Shown here: piece by piece, positions 1-7,296 of the stretch
Layout of the letters: the number at the start of each line of letters is the position of its first letter
Numbering within the stretch: the stretch's first letter is position 1
Program-made: the position numbers and the translations under genes
Notes under the pieces: model-generated
Databases searched by the model: none
What the model was told of the DNA's origin: nothing
What the model saw: only the letters and a program-made list of their open reading frames with translations
Source of the DNA: Hyphococcus sp.
Lineage (GTDB): Bacteria; Pseudomonadota; Alphaproteobacteria; Caulobacterales; Parvularculaceae
Direction of reading: 5' to 3'
Assembly (NCBI RefSeq): GCF_965228385.1
Contig: NZ_OZ245810.1
Location: forward strand, 1,075,565-1,139,564
Length of the DNA: 64,000 nt

Positions 1-666
1 AATCACAATATCTGACGCTTCCGCTTCATAAAAAAACGGATACAGAACTGGATTACCCATATATCCGCCGTCCCAGAAATAATCACCGTCTATCTCTACG
101 GCCTTGAAAAGAAACGGCAGGCAGGCGGAGGCGCAAATCACGTCTGAGGTCACTTCATCTGTGTCAAACACTTTTACCTTTCCCGTGCGCACATTCGTTG
201 CGGCAATAAAAAGTTTTGTGTGTTTGCAATCCTTGAGACTGTCGAAATCAATGCACGCCGCCAGAATTTCGCGTAGAGGGTTTATATCGAATGGATTGAA
301 TTGGTAGGGAGAGAGGGCGCGCGTAACTGTTTCAAACATCTGATAGGAAAATGCATTCACCAGATCATTGGCGCCAAAGTTCAGTGGAAAAGGATTTGCG
401 CGCACGGGACTATAGTACTCACCTGCGTTGCTCACCTCGCGCCAAAGGTTATCCAGCGTTTCGCGTGCGCCCTCACACCCGTTCTTGTGCAGTCCGTATG
501 CGACCGCCACGGCATTTACAGCGCCTGCGCTTGAGCCGGAAATGGCGTCTATTTCTATCCTGGGATCTTCCAAAAAACGGTCTGCGACGCCCCAGGTGAC
601 GGCGCCGTGAGAGCCGCCCCCCTGTAGTGCAAGGTTAATATGCTTCGTAACTGCTGCGCCGGCCAT
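1..666 (-). CDS. Patatin-like phospholipase/esterase, runs off the window edge (possible PHB-related depolymerase)
   Basis: My translation from ATG at 666 gives MAGAAVTKHINLALQGGGSHGAVTWG...ISGSSAGAVNA...FWDGGYMGNP, i.e. the GGGxxG, GxSxG and DGG patatin motifs. The start overlaps the bdhA stop (TAATG). Not in the ORF track. Confidence 0.9.
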   Translation of the reverse strand, partial: MAGAAVTKHINLALQGGGSHGAVTWGVADRFLEDPRIEIDAISGSSAGAVNAVAVAYGLHKNGCEGARETLDNLWREVSNAGEYYSPVRANPFPLNFGANDLVNAFSYQMFETVTRALSPYQFNPFDINPLREILAACIDFDSLKDCKHTKLFIAATNVRTGKVKVFDTDEVTSDVICASACLPFLFKAVEIDGDYFWDGGYMGNPVLYPFFYEAEASDIVI

Positions 667-1448
667 TATTTGGCGACCCAGCCGCCATCGATCTGATGGG
701 CCGCGCCGGTGATTTGCGATGCGGATGAGGAACACAGAAAGACAGCGAGCGCGCCGACTTGTTCTACAGTGACAAACTGTTTGGTCGGCTGCGCTTCAAG
801 AATAACCTTTTGCACCACTTCTTCTTCGCTCATGCCTCGAGCGTTGGCTGTATCGGGTATTTGCGCTTCCACAAGCGGCGTTTTTACATACCCTGGACAG
901 ATTGCATTGCATGTGACGCCAAATTCCGCACCTTCCAAAGCAATCGTTTTGGTAAATCCGACAATACCGTGTTTGGCGGCTACATAGGCGGATTTAAACG
1001 GAGACGCGACGAGGCCATGTGCTGAGGCAACATTGATAATTCTTCCAAAGCCTCGCTCTTTCATCTGCGCGAAAACCGCTTTCGTTGTATGAAAGGCGGA
1101 AGATAAATTGATAGCGATAATGGCGTCCCATTTTCCGGCTGGAAAATCCTCAATCGGCGAGACATGTTGAATGCCCGCGTTGTTGACAAGAACATCGACC
1201 TGACCAAACGCCTCCTGCGCGTCATTGATCAGAGTCTGGATTTCGTCAGGCTTTGTCATATCAGCGTTATTGTATTTCACGTTGACGTCGTATTTCTCCG
1301 CCAGCCGGGAGCGTTCGCTTTCAATTTCGTTCTCGTCGCCGAAACCGTTCAGCATCACATTCCAGCCTTCGGCGGCGAAAGCCGTCGCAATGCCAAGTCC
1401 GATGCCGGAGGTGGAGCCGGTCACAACAGCATTCAGAGGTTTGCTCAT
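666..1448 (-). CDS. bdhA: 3-hydroxybutyrate dehydrogenase (SDR family)
   Basis: VTGSTSGIG, NNAGIQH, YVAAKHG and CPGYVKTPLVEAQI motifs. Start set at MSKPL (1448), inside the longer ORF. Confidence 0.9.
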   Translation of the reverse strand: MSKPLNAVVTGSTSGIGLGIATAFAAEGWNVMLNGFGDENEIESERSRLAEKYDVNVKYNNADMTKPDEIQTLINDAQEAFGQVDVLVNNAGIQHVSPIEDFPAGKWDAIIAINLSSAFHTTKAVFAQMKERGFGRIINVASAHGLVASPFKSAYVAAKHGIVGFTKTIALEGAEFGVTCNAICPGYVKTPLVEAQIPDTANARGMSEEEVVQKVILEAQPTKQFVTVEQVGALAVFLCSSSASQITGAAHQIDGGWVAK

Positions 1449-1589
1449 GGGGTCCGTTCCTTTTTTGTAGAATGATACGCGTAGCACACTTGTTGCGACG
1501 CACAAAAGAGCGCAATATAAAGCTGCGATTGGCGTTGCAAATAGTGCAAGCGCATGGCTAGGCCGTGGTTTGCGAAGGAGAGGCCAACC

Positions 1590-2123
1590 ATGCGCATGAT
1601 GTTGATGATTTTTATGTTCGGCGCGGCGGCGTTTCCGGCGGCGGCGCAAATGTCCGTAACGACTATCGGGGCGACTGACGCCGGGGCGTGCTATCAAAAC
1701 GCGGCGACAGAAGCTTCAAACGATACAGCGCCATGCGACCGTGCGTTAAACGACCAGTCTATCACACGGCTGGATCGGAAAAAAACGTTCGTCAATCGCG
1801 GTGTCATACACAATCGCAATGGCGACCTGATGGCCGCACGGAATGATTTTGATGAGGCGCTGGCTATCGATGATATGTTGCCGGAGGCGTACCTTAACCG
1901 CGGGAACAGTTATTTTCTGGCGGCGCGCTATTTTGAGGCGCTTGCTGATTATGAACGCGCCCTTAGCGCGGGCGTATCAAAGCCTTGGGTGGCGTGGTAC
2001 AATATTGGACTTGTGTACGATTCACAAAAGAATACCGATAAAGCGCGCGGCGCATACGAAAAGGCGCTTGAGGAGAATCCAGATTTTACGCTCGCTGAAC
2101 AAAAGCTAGAGAGCCTTTCTTGA
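1590..2123 (+). CDS. Secreted TPR-repeat protein
   Basis: AAGGAG RBS before ATG 1590, signal peptide, TPR helices (AYLNRGNSYF, AWYNIGLVY). Confidence 0.85.
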   Translation: MRMMLMIFMFGAAAFPAAAQMSVTTIGATDAGACYQNAATEASNDTAPCDRALNDQSITRLDRKKTFVNRGVIHNRNGDLMAARNDFDEALAIDDMLPEAYLNRGNSYFLAARYFEALADYERALSAGVSKPWVAWYNIGLVYDSQKNTDKARGAYEKALEENPDFTLAEQKLESLS

Positions 2124-3334
2124 CTTTTGTAACTCATCTGGAATGCACTGGAACAGGTAAGCATTATAAAGCCGGCCGTCCGCATAACCTTTCGGAAGCG
2201 GGCAAGCCGCTATTTGTGCGTTATGATCTGGAAGGCGTCAAAAACGCACTGAGTAAGGATGAATTGGCCGCGCGCACAAACGGTTTGTGGCGTTATCGTG
2301 AGTTCTTACCTGTGACCAATCCGGAAAATGAGGTTTCTCTGGGTGAGGTGATCTCACCGCTTTTCCGGCTGCGCAAGAGTGAAAAAAAGCTCGGTGTAAC
2401 AGGCGAGGTCTTGATCAAGGATGAAAGCCGCCAGCCTTCAGGTTCGTTCAAGGCGCGCGGTCTCGGCATGGCGGTTTCCATGGCCAAAGAATTTGGCTTG
2501 ACCCATCTGGCGATGCCAACGAATGGAAACGCGGGTTCGGCGCTGGCGGCGTATGCAACGCGCGCGGGCATTTGCTCTACCGTGTTGTGTCCTGACGACA
2601 CGCCGGAATGCCACATCAATGAAACGATATATCAGGGTGCTGACGTTTATCTTGTCAATGGGTATATAAACCATTGCGGCAGGATTGTCGCCGAAGGAAG
2701 AGAAAAAACCGGATGGTTCGACGTCTCTACGATGAAAGAGCCATATCGCGTCGAGGGTAAAAAAACACTCGGCATCGAAGTGCTTGAACAGCTCGGCTGG
2801 GAAATGCCTGACGCCATATTTTTTCCCACTGGCGGAGGGACCATGCCGATTGGGGTATGGAAGGCGTTTGACGAACTGGAAAAGATCGGCTGGATCGGTC
2901 CCGAACGGCCAAAAATGATTGTTGTGCAGGCTGCAGGTTGTGCGCCGATCGTTGAAGCCTGGGAAAGAAATGAAGCGCACGCGCGCGTCTGGGAAGAGGC
3001 GCATACAGCGGCCGCCGGCATTCGCGTGCCTGCCGCCGTCGGTGATTTCTTGATCCTCAACGCCGTTCGCAAGTCGAACGGTTTCGCCGCTGCTGTAGAC
3101 GAGGACGTCATTTTTGACGTCTGGCGCGACATTGGCCGCGAGGAAGGGTATATGCTCTGCCCTGAAGGCGCGGCAACTTTCGCAGCTTACCGTCAGGCGC
3201 TGCAAGAAGGACGAATAGATAAAACCGAACGCGTCGTGTTATTCAGCTGTGCGTCAGGTCTTAAATATCCATCGACAAGTGCTGTGAAAAATATAGATCG
3301 TCATCAGCCCGTTGATTTTAGCCGTTTCAAATAA
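2120..3334 (+). CDS. Threonine synthase-like PLP enzyme (fold type II), paralogue 1
   Basis: PSGSFKARG PLP-lysine motif, TNGNAG, EGKKT, PTGGGT, PEGAA. TTG start overlaps the TPR stop. Confidence 0.85.
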   Translation: MTFVTHLECTGTGKHYKAGRPHNLSEAGKPLFVRYDLEGVKNALSKDELAARTNGLWRYREFLPVTNPENEVSLGEVISPLFRLRKSEKKLGVTGEVLIKDESRQPSGSFKARGLGMAVSMAKEFGLTHLAMPTNGNAGSALAAYATRAGICSTVLCPDDTPECHINETIYQGADVYLVNGYINHCGRIVAEGREKTGWFDVSTMKEPYRVEGKKTLGIEVLEQLGWEMPDAIFFPTGGGTMPIGVWKAFDELEKIGWIGPERPKMIVVQAAGCAPIVEAWERNEAHARVWEEAHTAAAGIRVPAAVGDFLILNAVRKSNGFAAAVDEDVIFDVWRDIGREEGYMLCPEGAATFAAYRQALQEGRIDKTERVVLFSCASGLKYPSTSAVKNIDRHQPVDFSRFK

Positions 3335-3366
3335 ATTATACCGTAGCATGATTATATGAGGCCCCG

Positions 3367-4581
3367 TTGACTTTCATATCGCATCTTGAATGCTCCTATA
3401 CCGGAAAGAAGTATACTGCAGATATTCCTCATAACCTTTCAGAAGCGGGAAAGCCGCTTTTGGCGCGGTACGACCTTGACGCGGTTTCGTCGGCTTTAAC
3501 CAAGGAAATGCTGGGTGGGAGAAGCGAGGGTTTCTGGCGATACCGCGAGTTACTGCCGGTCTCCAAAGCGGAGAACCGGATTTCTCTTGGAGAAATCGTT
3601 ACGCCGCTTGTGAAATTGCCGCGCCTGGCGCAACGTTTGAATTTCTCAGGCGATTTAACCGTCAAGGATGAGGGGCGTTTGCCAACGGGCTCGTTCAAGG
3701 CCCGCGGCCTGGGGCTTGCCGTTTCAATGGCGAAAGAATTTGGTCTTGAGCATCTCGCCATGCCGACTAACGGCAACGCCGGGTCTGCGCTTGCCGCTTA
3801 CGCAAAGGCCGCTGGCATGCGCGCTACGGTTTTCTGTCCGGATGATACGCCGCGCGTGAATATTGATGAAATCGCTTTTCAGGGAGCAGATGTTTACTGC
3901 GTAAACGGGCTTATCGGAGATTGCGGCAAAATTGTCGGGGAGGGACAACGCGATGCCGGTTGGTTCGATGTTTCAACTTTGAAGGAGCCCTACCGGGTTG
4001 AAGGCAAAAAAACCATGGGGCTTGAACTCGCAGAACAATTTGGCTGGGAACTCCCCGATGCAATTTTTTATCCGACCGGCGGCGGCACAGGTCTTATTGG
4101 TATGGCGAAAGCGTTTGACGAACTGGAGGCTATGGGCTGGATCGGCTCAAAACGGCCGAAGCTCATCGTTGTTCAGGCTGCGGGGTGCGCGCCTATCGTG
4201 AAAGCCTGGCAAACCGGCGCGGAACATGCCGAGCCTTGGGAAAACGCACACACGGCGGCGGCCGGTATACGCGTTCCCGCCGCAATTGGCGATTTCCTGA
4301 TTTTGCGCGCTGTCCGCGACAGCAATGGATTTGCCATCGCCGTTGAAGAAGATGACATATTCGCTGCGCGTACGGAAGTTTCACAGTCTGAAGGCTTGCT
4401 CTTGTGCCCTGAAGGCGCAGCAACCTATGCCGCATTCAAGCAGGCGCTCGCAAAGCAATGGATATCGCCTGGGGACAAGGTCGTCCTGTTTAATTGCGCG
4501 ACCGGGTTGAAATATCCGATGACAGCGGCGCCCGCGACAATCGATAAGGATGGCGCTATTGATTTCAGCCGGTTTCGCTAA
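3367..4581 (+). CDS. Threonine synthase-like PLP enzyme, paralogue 2
   Basis: PTGSFKARG, TNGNAG, EGKKTMG, YPTGGGTG, PEGAA. Collinear with paralogue 1; GAGG RBS before a TTG start. Confidence 0.85.
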   Translation: MTFISHLECSYTGKKYTADIPHNLSEAGKPLLARYDLDAVSSALTKEMLGGRSEGFWRYRELLPVSKAENRISLGEIVTPLVKLPRLAQRLNFSGDLTVKDEGRLPTGSFKARGLGLAVSMAKEFGLEHLAMPTNGNAGSALAAYAKAAGMRATVFCPDDTPRVNIDEIAFQGADVYCVNGLIGDCGKIVGEGQRDAGWFDVSTLKEPYRVEGKKTMGLELAEQFGWELPDAIFYPTGGGTGLIGMAKAFDELEAMGWIGSKRPKLIVVQAAGCAPIVKAWQTGAEHAEPWENAHTAAAGIRVPAAIGDFLILRAVRDSNGFAIAVEEDDIFAARTEVSQSEGLLLCPEGAATYAAFKQALAKQWISPGDKVVLFNCATGLKYPMTAAPATIDKDGAIDFSRFR

Positions 4582-4608
4582 ATCCATTAAATGTTTCCGG
4601 AGAAATGA

Positions 4609-5262
4609 ATGTCTGTTCAAAACAAAGGACCGGACCCTTCCGCTGCCTATCCCATGCCCGGCGTCAAGCAGGTCGGATTTTTAAAGCCGCTGGTCGATCA
4701 TCCAATGATCGAAATAGGTGAATACACCTATTATGACGACCCGGCGGGGCCGGCGCATTTTGTTGAGCGCTGCGTTCGCTATCACTTTGAACATATGGGC
4801 GACCGTTTAAGAATAGGCCGTTTCTGCGCGATCGCGTCCGGTGTGCAATTCATCATGAATGGCGCCAATCATGCGCTGGAGGGTTTTTCAACCTACCCAT
4901 TCGCAATCTTCGGCAGCGGTTGGGAAGACGAAACCGCCGATTGGGCCAAAGGTTCGCGCGGCGACACCAACATCGGCAACGATGTCTGGATCGGAACTGA
5001 CGCGCTGATAATGCCGGGCGTTCGCATTGGCGACGGTGCTGTTGTTGGCGCAAGGGCGGTGGTCGCTGCGGATGTGCCGGCATATGGGATAGCTGTTGGG
5101 CATCCGGCGCGGACCAGAAAAAAACGGTTTGATGACAAGACTATTCGCAAGCTGCTGGAGTTGAAATGGTGGGATTGGCCGCCCGAAACGATCACCTCCA
5201 ATCTGTCCACCATCCGCGGCGGCAATCTTCAGGCGCTTTATAGCCTTGAAATCAAAGACTAA
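4609..5262 (+). CDS. Vat/CatB-family xenobiotic O-acetyltransferase (hexapeptide repeat)
   Basis: [21 protein letters not shown]...[13 protein letters not shown] and WWDWP motifs. Confidence 0.88.
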   Translation: MSVQNKGPDPSAAYPMPGVKQVGFLKPLVDHPMIEIGEYTYYDDPAGPAHFVERCVRYHFEHMGDRLRIGRFCAIASGVQFIMNGANHALEGFSTYPFAIFGSGWEDETADWAKGSRGDTNIGNDVWIGTDALIMPGVRIGDGAVVGARAVVAADVPAYGIAVGHPARTRKKRFDDKTIRKLLELKWWDWPPETITSNLSTIRGGNLQALYSLEIKD

Positions 5263-5425
5263 TTAAAGATCCGAATTGTTGGCTTCGACGTCGGTTGAAA
5301 AAATTTACTCCCCTATATCCCCTTACGACAAGTAGGTGAGTAATGGCACTATCCAGGAAAAGTGACGTTTCCCGAATCGCGCGCGGTCGAGTACCGTCTG
5401 CAACCGCGCAAATAAAGGTTCAGGT

Positions 5426-6082
5426 ATGGCCGAGGTTAAATGGCGGGCGGCTTGGCGATGGTTTGTGGACATCGCTATTGGCGAAGCCGTTTCGCGCCTT
5501 GTCAATTTCGGCGTCACAAACTGGCAATCCTTGGCCGGGGCATTCGCGGCGTTTGGTCTATCTTCAATGATAGACGGCGCTACTCTTTTTTGGATGTTCA
5601 TGGCGTTCCTTGGGGGCGGAACCTTGGTCGCCATTTGGCGAAACCAAGCGGTGCAGCGACAAATTTTGTACTCTCCGGAGCACAAGCTGCAAATTGGTCG
5701 GGCCGTTTTGGTCGCCGTTGAGCACAAACCTAACACATATCAACTAGGTATTGAGCTTTATAATGCTGGCAATTTCCCAGTATCAACAAAGGTTGATCGA
5801 ACATATGCGCAATTAGGCAAATCGACCGGCAATCCCGGTAAGCGCCTAAATGACGGCGCTGAAATTGCACCCAGACAAACCTCTGTTCTCTGGATGAGTG
5901 AGTATGAACTCGAAGAAAGAAAAAAGCCCTATAAAGGGAAAATTCACTTGGATATTAAGTATGGAAAAAAGGATAAAGAGCGGTATCCGCGCATTGTTTG
6001 GAGTCAGGTGGGTTTCCGCATCGACGGCTCGCCAGTTGTTCCCGTGAATGGAAGCCAAGTAGAACCTTTTGCGTTATCGTAA
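5426..6082 (+). CDS. Hypothetical membrane-anchored protein, IS passenger
   Basis: 218-aa ORF inside the IS, with an N-terminal hydrophobic segment and a beta-rich C-terminal part. AT-richer than the core genes. Confidence 0.7.
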   Translation: MAEVKWRAAWRWFVDIAIGEAVSRLVNFGVTNWQSLAGAFAAFGLSSMIDGATLFWMFMAFLGGGTLVAIWRNQAVQRQILYSPEHKLQIGRAVLVAVEHKPNTYQLGIELYNAGNFPVSTKVDRTYAQLGKSTGNPGKRLNDGAEIAPRQTSVLWMSEYELEERKKPYKGKIHLDIKYGKKDKERYPRIVWSQVGFRIDGSPVVPVNGSQVEPFALS

Positions 6083-6285
6083 TGACTAACACCATCAAGC
6101 AACGCTTTGACCGGCTTTTAAAGAAGATGGCGCACGGCGAACCGGCCTCGAAAACGCTTGCAAAAGGATCGGCAACATCAAGTGCGGCTGCTTCCGAAGA
6201 TTCCAGCGATACTCAAACTCACCGAGATAAACCGGCAGGTACTTCGGTGACATATGAACGTAAGTCCCGCGATAAGCGCCCTTAA
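6082..6285 (+). CDS. Small ORF (67 aa) antisense to the transposase 3' end
   Basis: ATG overlaps the passenger stop (TAATG). Begins MTNTIKQRFDRLLKKMAHGEP. Confidence 0.4.
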   Translation: MTNTIKQRFDRLLKKMAHGEPASKTLAKGSATSSAAASEDSSDTQTHRDKPAGTSVTYERKSRDKRP

Positions 6286-7021
6286 ACAGGTTCCAGAAGC
6301 CTTCGATGGTGTTCGTGTGCGTATCGCCGCGCGCGTATTCTTTTTTCGCGTGATTAATTGTTGAGTGACGGAAACCAAAATCATCAAGATTGTAGAATGC
6401 TTTTGCTTCGTCAGTGTTGATGTGCGTTCCCGGCTTAACGAAATGCTTGATGACCGGGCGAATGGCCTTGCGTCCCCGATGAGGAATGATCCACGTCATG
6501 ACGTTGCCGCCGCGCTCCGCCATGCCGAGAACGATAGACTTGTCGCCAACCGGGTCTTTTGCTCCCTTATCGACGCCGCCAATGAAAGCCTTATCGGCCT
6601 CGACAATCGGACCGCCTTTGCCGCCAAGGGGATCGGAGCCGTCAATCTCGCCCATATATTCGCGGATAAGCCGCGCCATGCGCCACGCCGTTTTGTACGT
6701 TACGCCTAGCTGGCGTTCCAATTCCTTCGCAGCGACGCCGTTGCGGCTGGCGCAGAACAGGAACATCGCGAAGAACCAAGAGTGGAGAGACGTGCGGGAC
6801 TTCTCGAAAGGCGTCCCGGCCTTGGGCGCAACCTGAAAGCCGCAATGCTCACAGGCGTACTGCTGGCGCTTTTTGATCCGGTAGTAGTGCGCCAGCTTGC
6901 CGCACCCTTGGCAGTCATGGCGCTCGCCGTACCGGGTGCGCATCAAATGCTCTAGGCAGGCGTCATCGTCCGGGAACTCATCGAGGAAGTCTTTGAAAGT
7001 AGGCAGTTTTTGCTTGGGCAT
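6095..7021 (-). CDS. IS1595-family DDE transposase
   Basis: Zn ribbon (CQGC...YACEHC), FEKSRTSL, VEAD, NTDE, HTNTIEGFW and YLGEFEYRWN motifs. Confidence 0.92.
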   Translation of the reverse strand: MPKQKLPTFKDFLDEFPDDDACLEHLMRTRYGERHDCQGCGKLAHYYRIKKRQQYACEHCGFQVAPKAGTPFEKSRTSLHSWFFAMFLFCASRNGVAAKELERQLGVTYKTAWRMARLIREYMGEIDGSDPLGGKGGPIVEADKAFIGGVDKGAKDPVGDKSIVLGMAERGGNVMTWIIPHRGRKAIRPVIKHFVKPGTHINTDEAKAFYNLDDFGFRHSTINHAKKEYARGDTHTNTIEGFWNLFKGAYRGTYVHMSPKYLPVYLGEFEYRWNLRKQPHLMLPILLQAFSRPVRRAPSSLKAGQSVA

Positions 7022-7104
7022 GGGATCGTCTCTCTCCGATGCCCTTTATGTAGGTATCCCGGCTACTTGTTTCAAGGGGATAATCTCGAATTTACTCGAC
7101 AAAA

Positions 7105-7137
7105 GAACAAAAGGAGAATAAGGAACATAAAGGGAAC
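7105..7137 (+). promoter_or_regulatory. Two tandem alphaproteobacterial LexA (SOS) boxes
   Basis: GAAC-AAAAGGA-GAAT at 7105-7119 (one mismatch) and GAAC-ATAAAGG-GAAC at 7123-7137 (perfect GAAC-N7-GAAC). Confidence 0.8.
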
Positions 7138-7156
7138 ACAATAAGGAGCACGACCT

Positions 7157-7252
7157 ATGGAAAACGAAAGCTTGCGTGACATCGTCGGACTCGGCGTACT
7201 CATCACCGTCATCGGCGCGGCGCAGTTCTGGGGCGTGCTACTGGGCGCTTGA
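7157..7252 (+). CDS. 31-aa hydrophobic peptide, SidA-like SOS division inhibitor candidate
   Basis: AAGGAG RBS at 7143-7148. Translation MENESLRDIVGLGVLITVIGAAQFWGVLLGA. Follows the LexA boxes and ends 44 nt before dnaE. Confidence 0.7.
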   Translation: MENESLRDIVGLGVLITVIGAAQFWGVLLGA

Positions 7253-7296
7253 CCGCCTGTTGAAAACCATATTTCCGGGAGGTCTTGTAGCTGGTT

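Larger units (their letters stand above)
5310..7088. mobile_element. IS1595-family element with passenger ORF(s), 1,779 bp
   Basis: Identical 8-bp flanks AATTTACT at 5302-5309 and 7089-7096. Imperfect terminal inverted repeats: left CCCCTATATCCCCTTACGACAAGTAG, right (reverse complement) CGAGATTATCCCCTTGAAACAAGTAG; 18/26 match, 17/20 over the inner part. Encloses a DDE transposase. Confidence 0.9.

Noticed and set aside
104-610. Plus-strand ORFs of 60-82 aa in the ORF track
   Set aside because: They are antisense shadows of the patatin gene, which has clear catalytic motifs on the minus strand.
1449-1697. N-terminal extension of the 343-aa bdhA ORF
   Set aside because: It overlaps the divergent TPR gene and the intergenic region; SDR homology starts at MSKPL.
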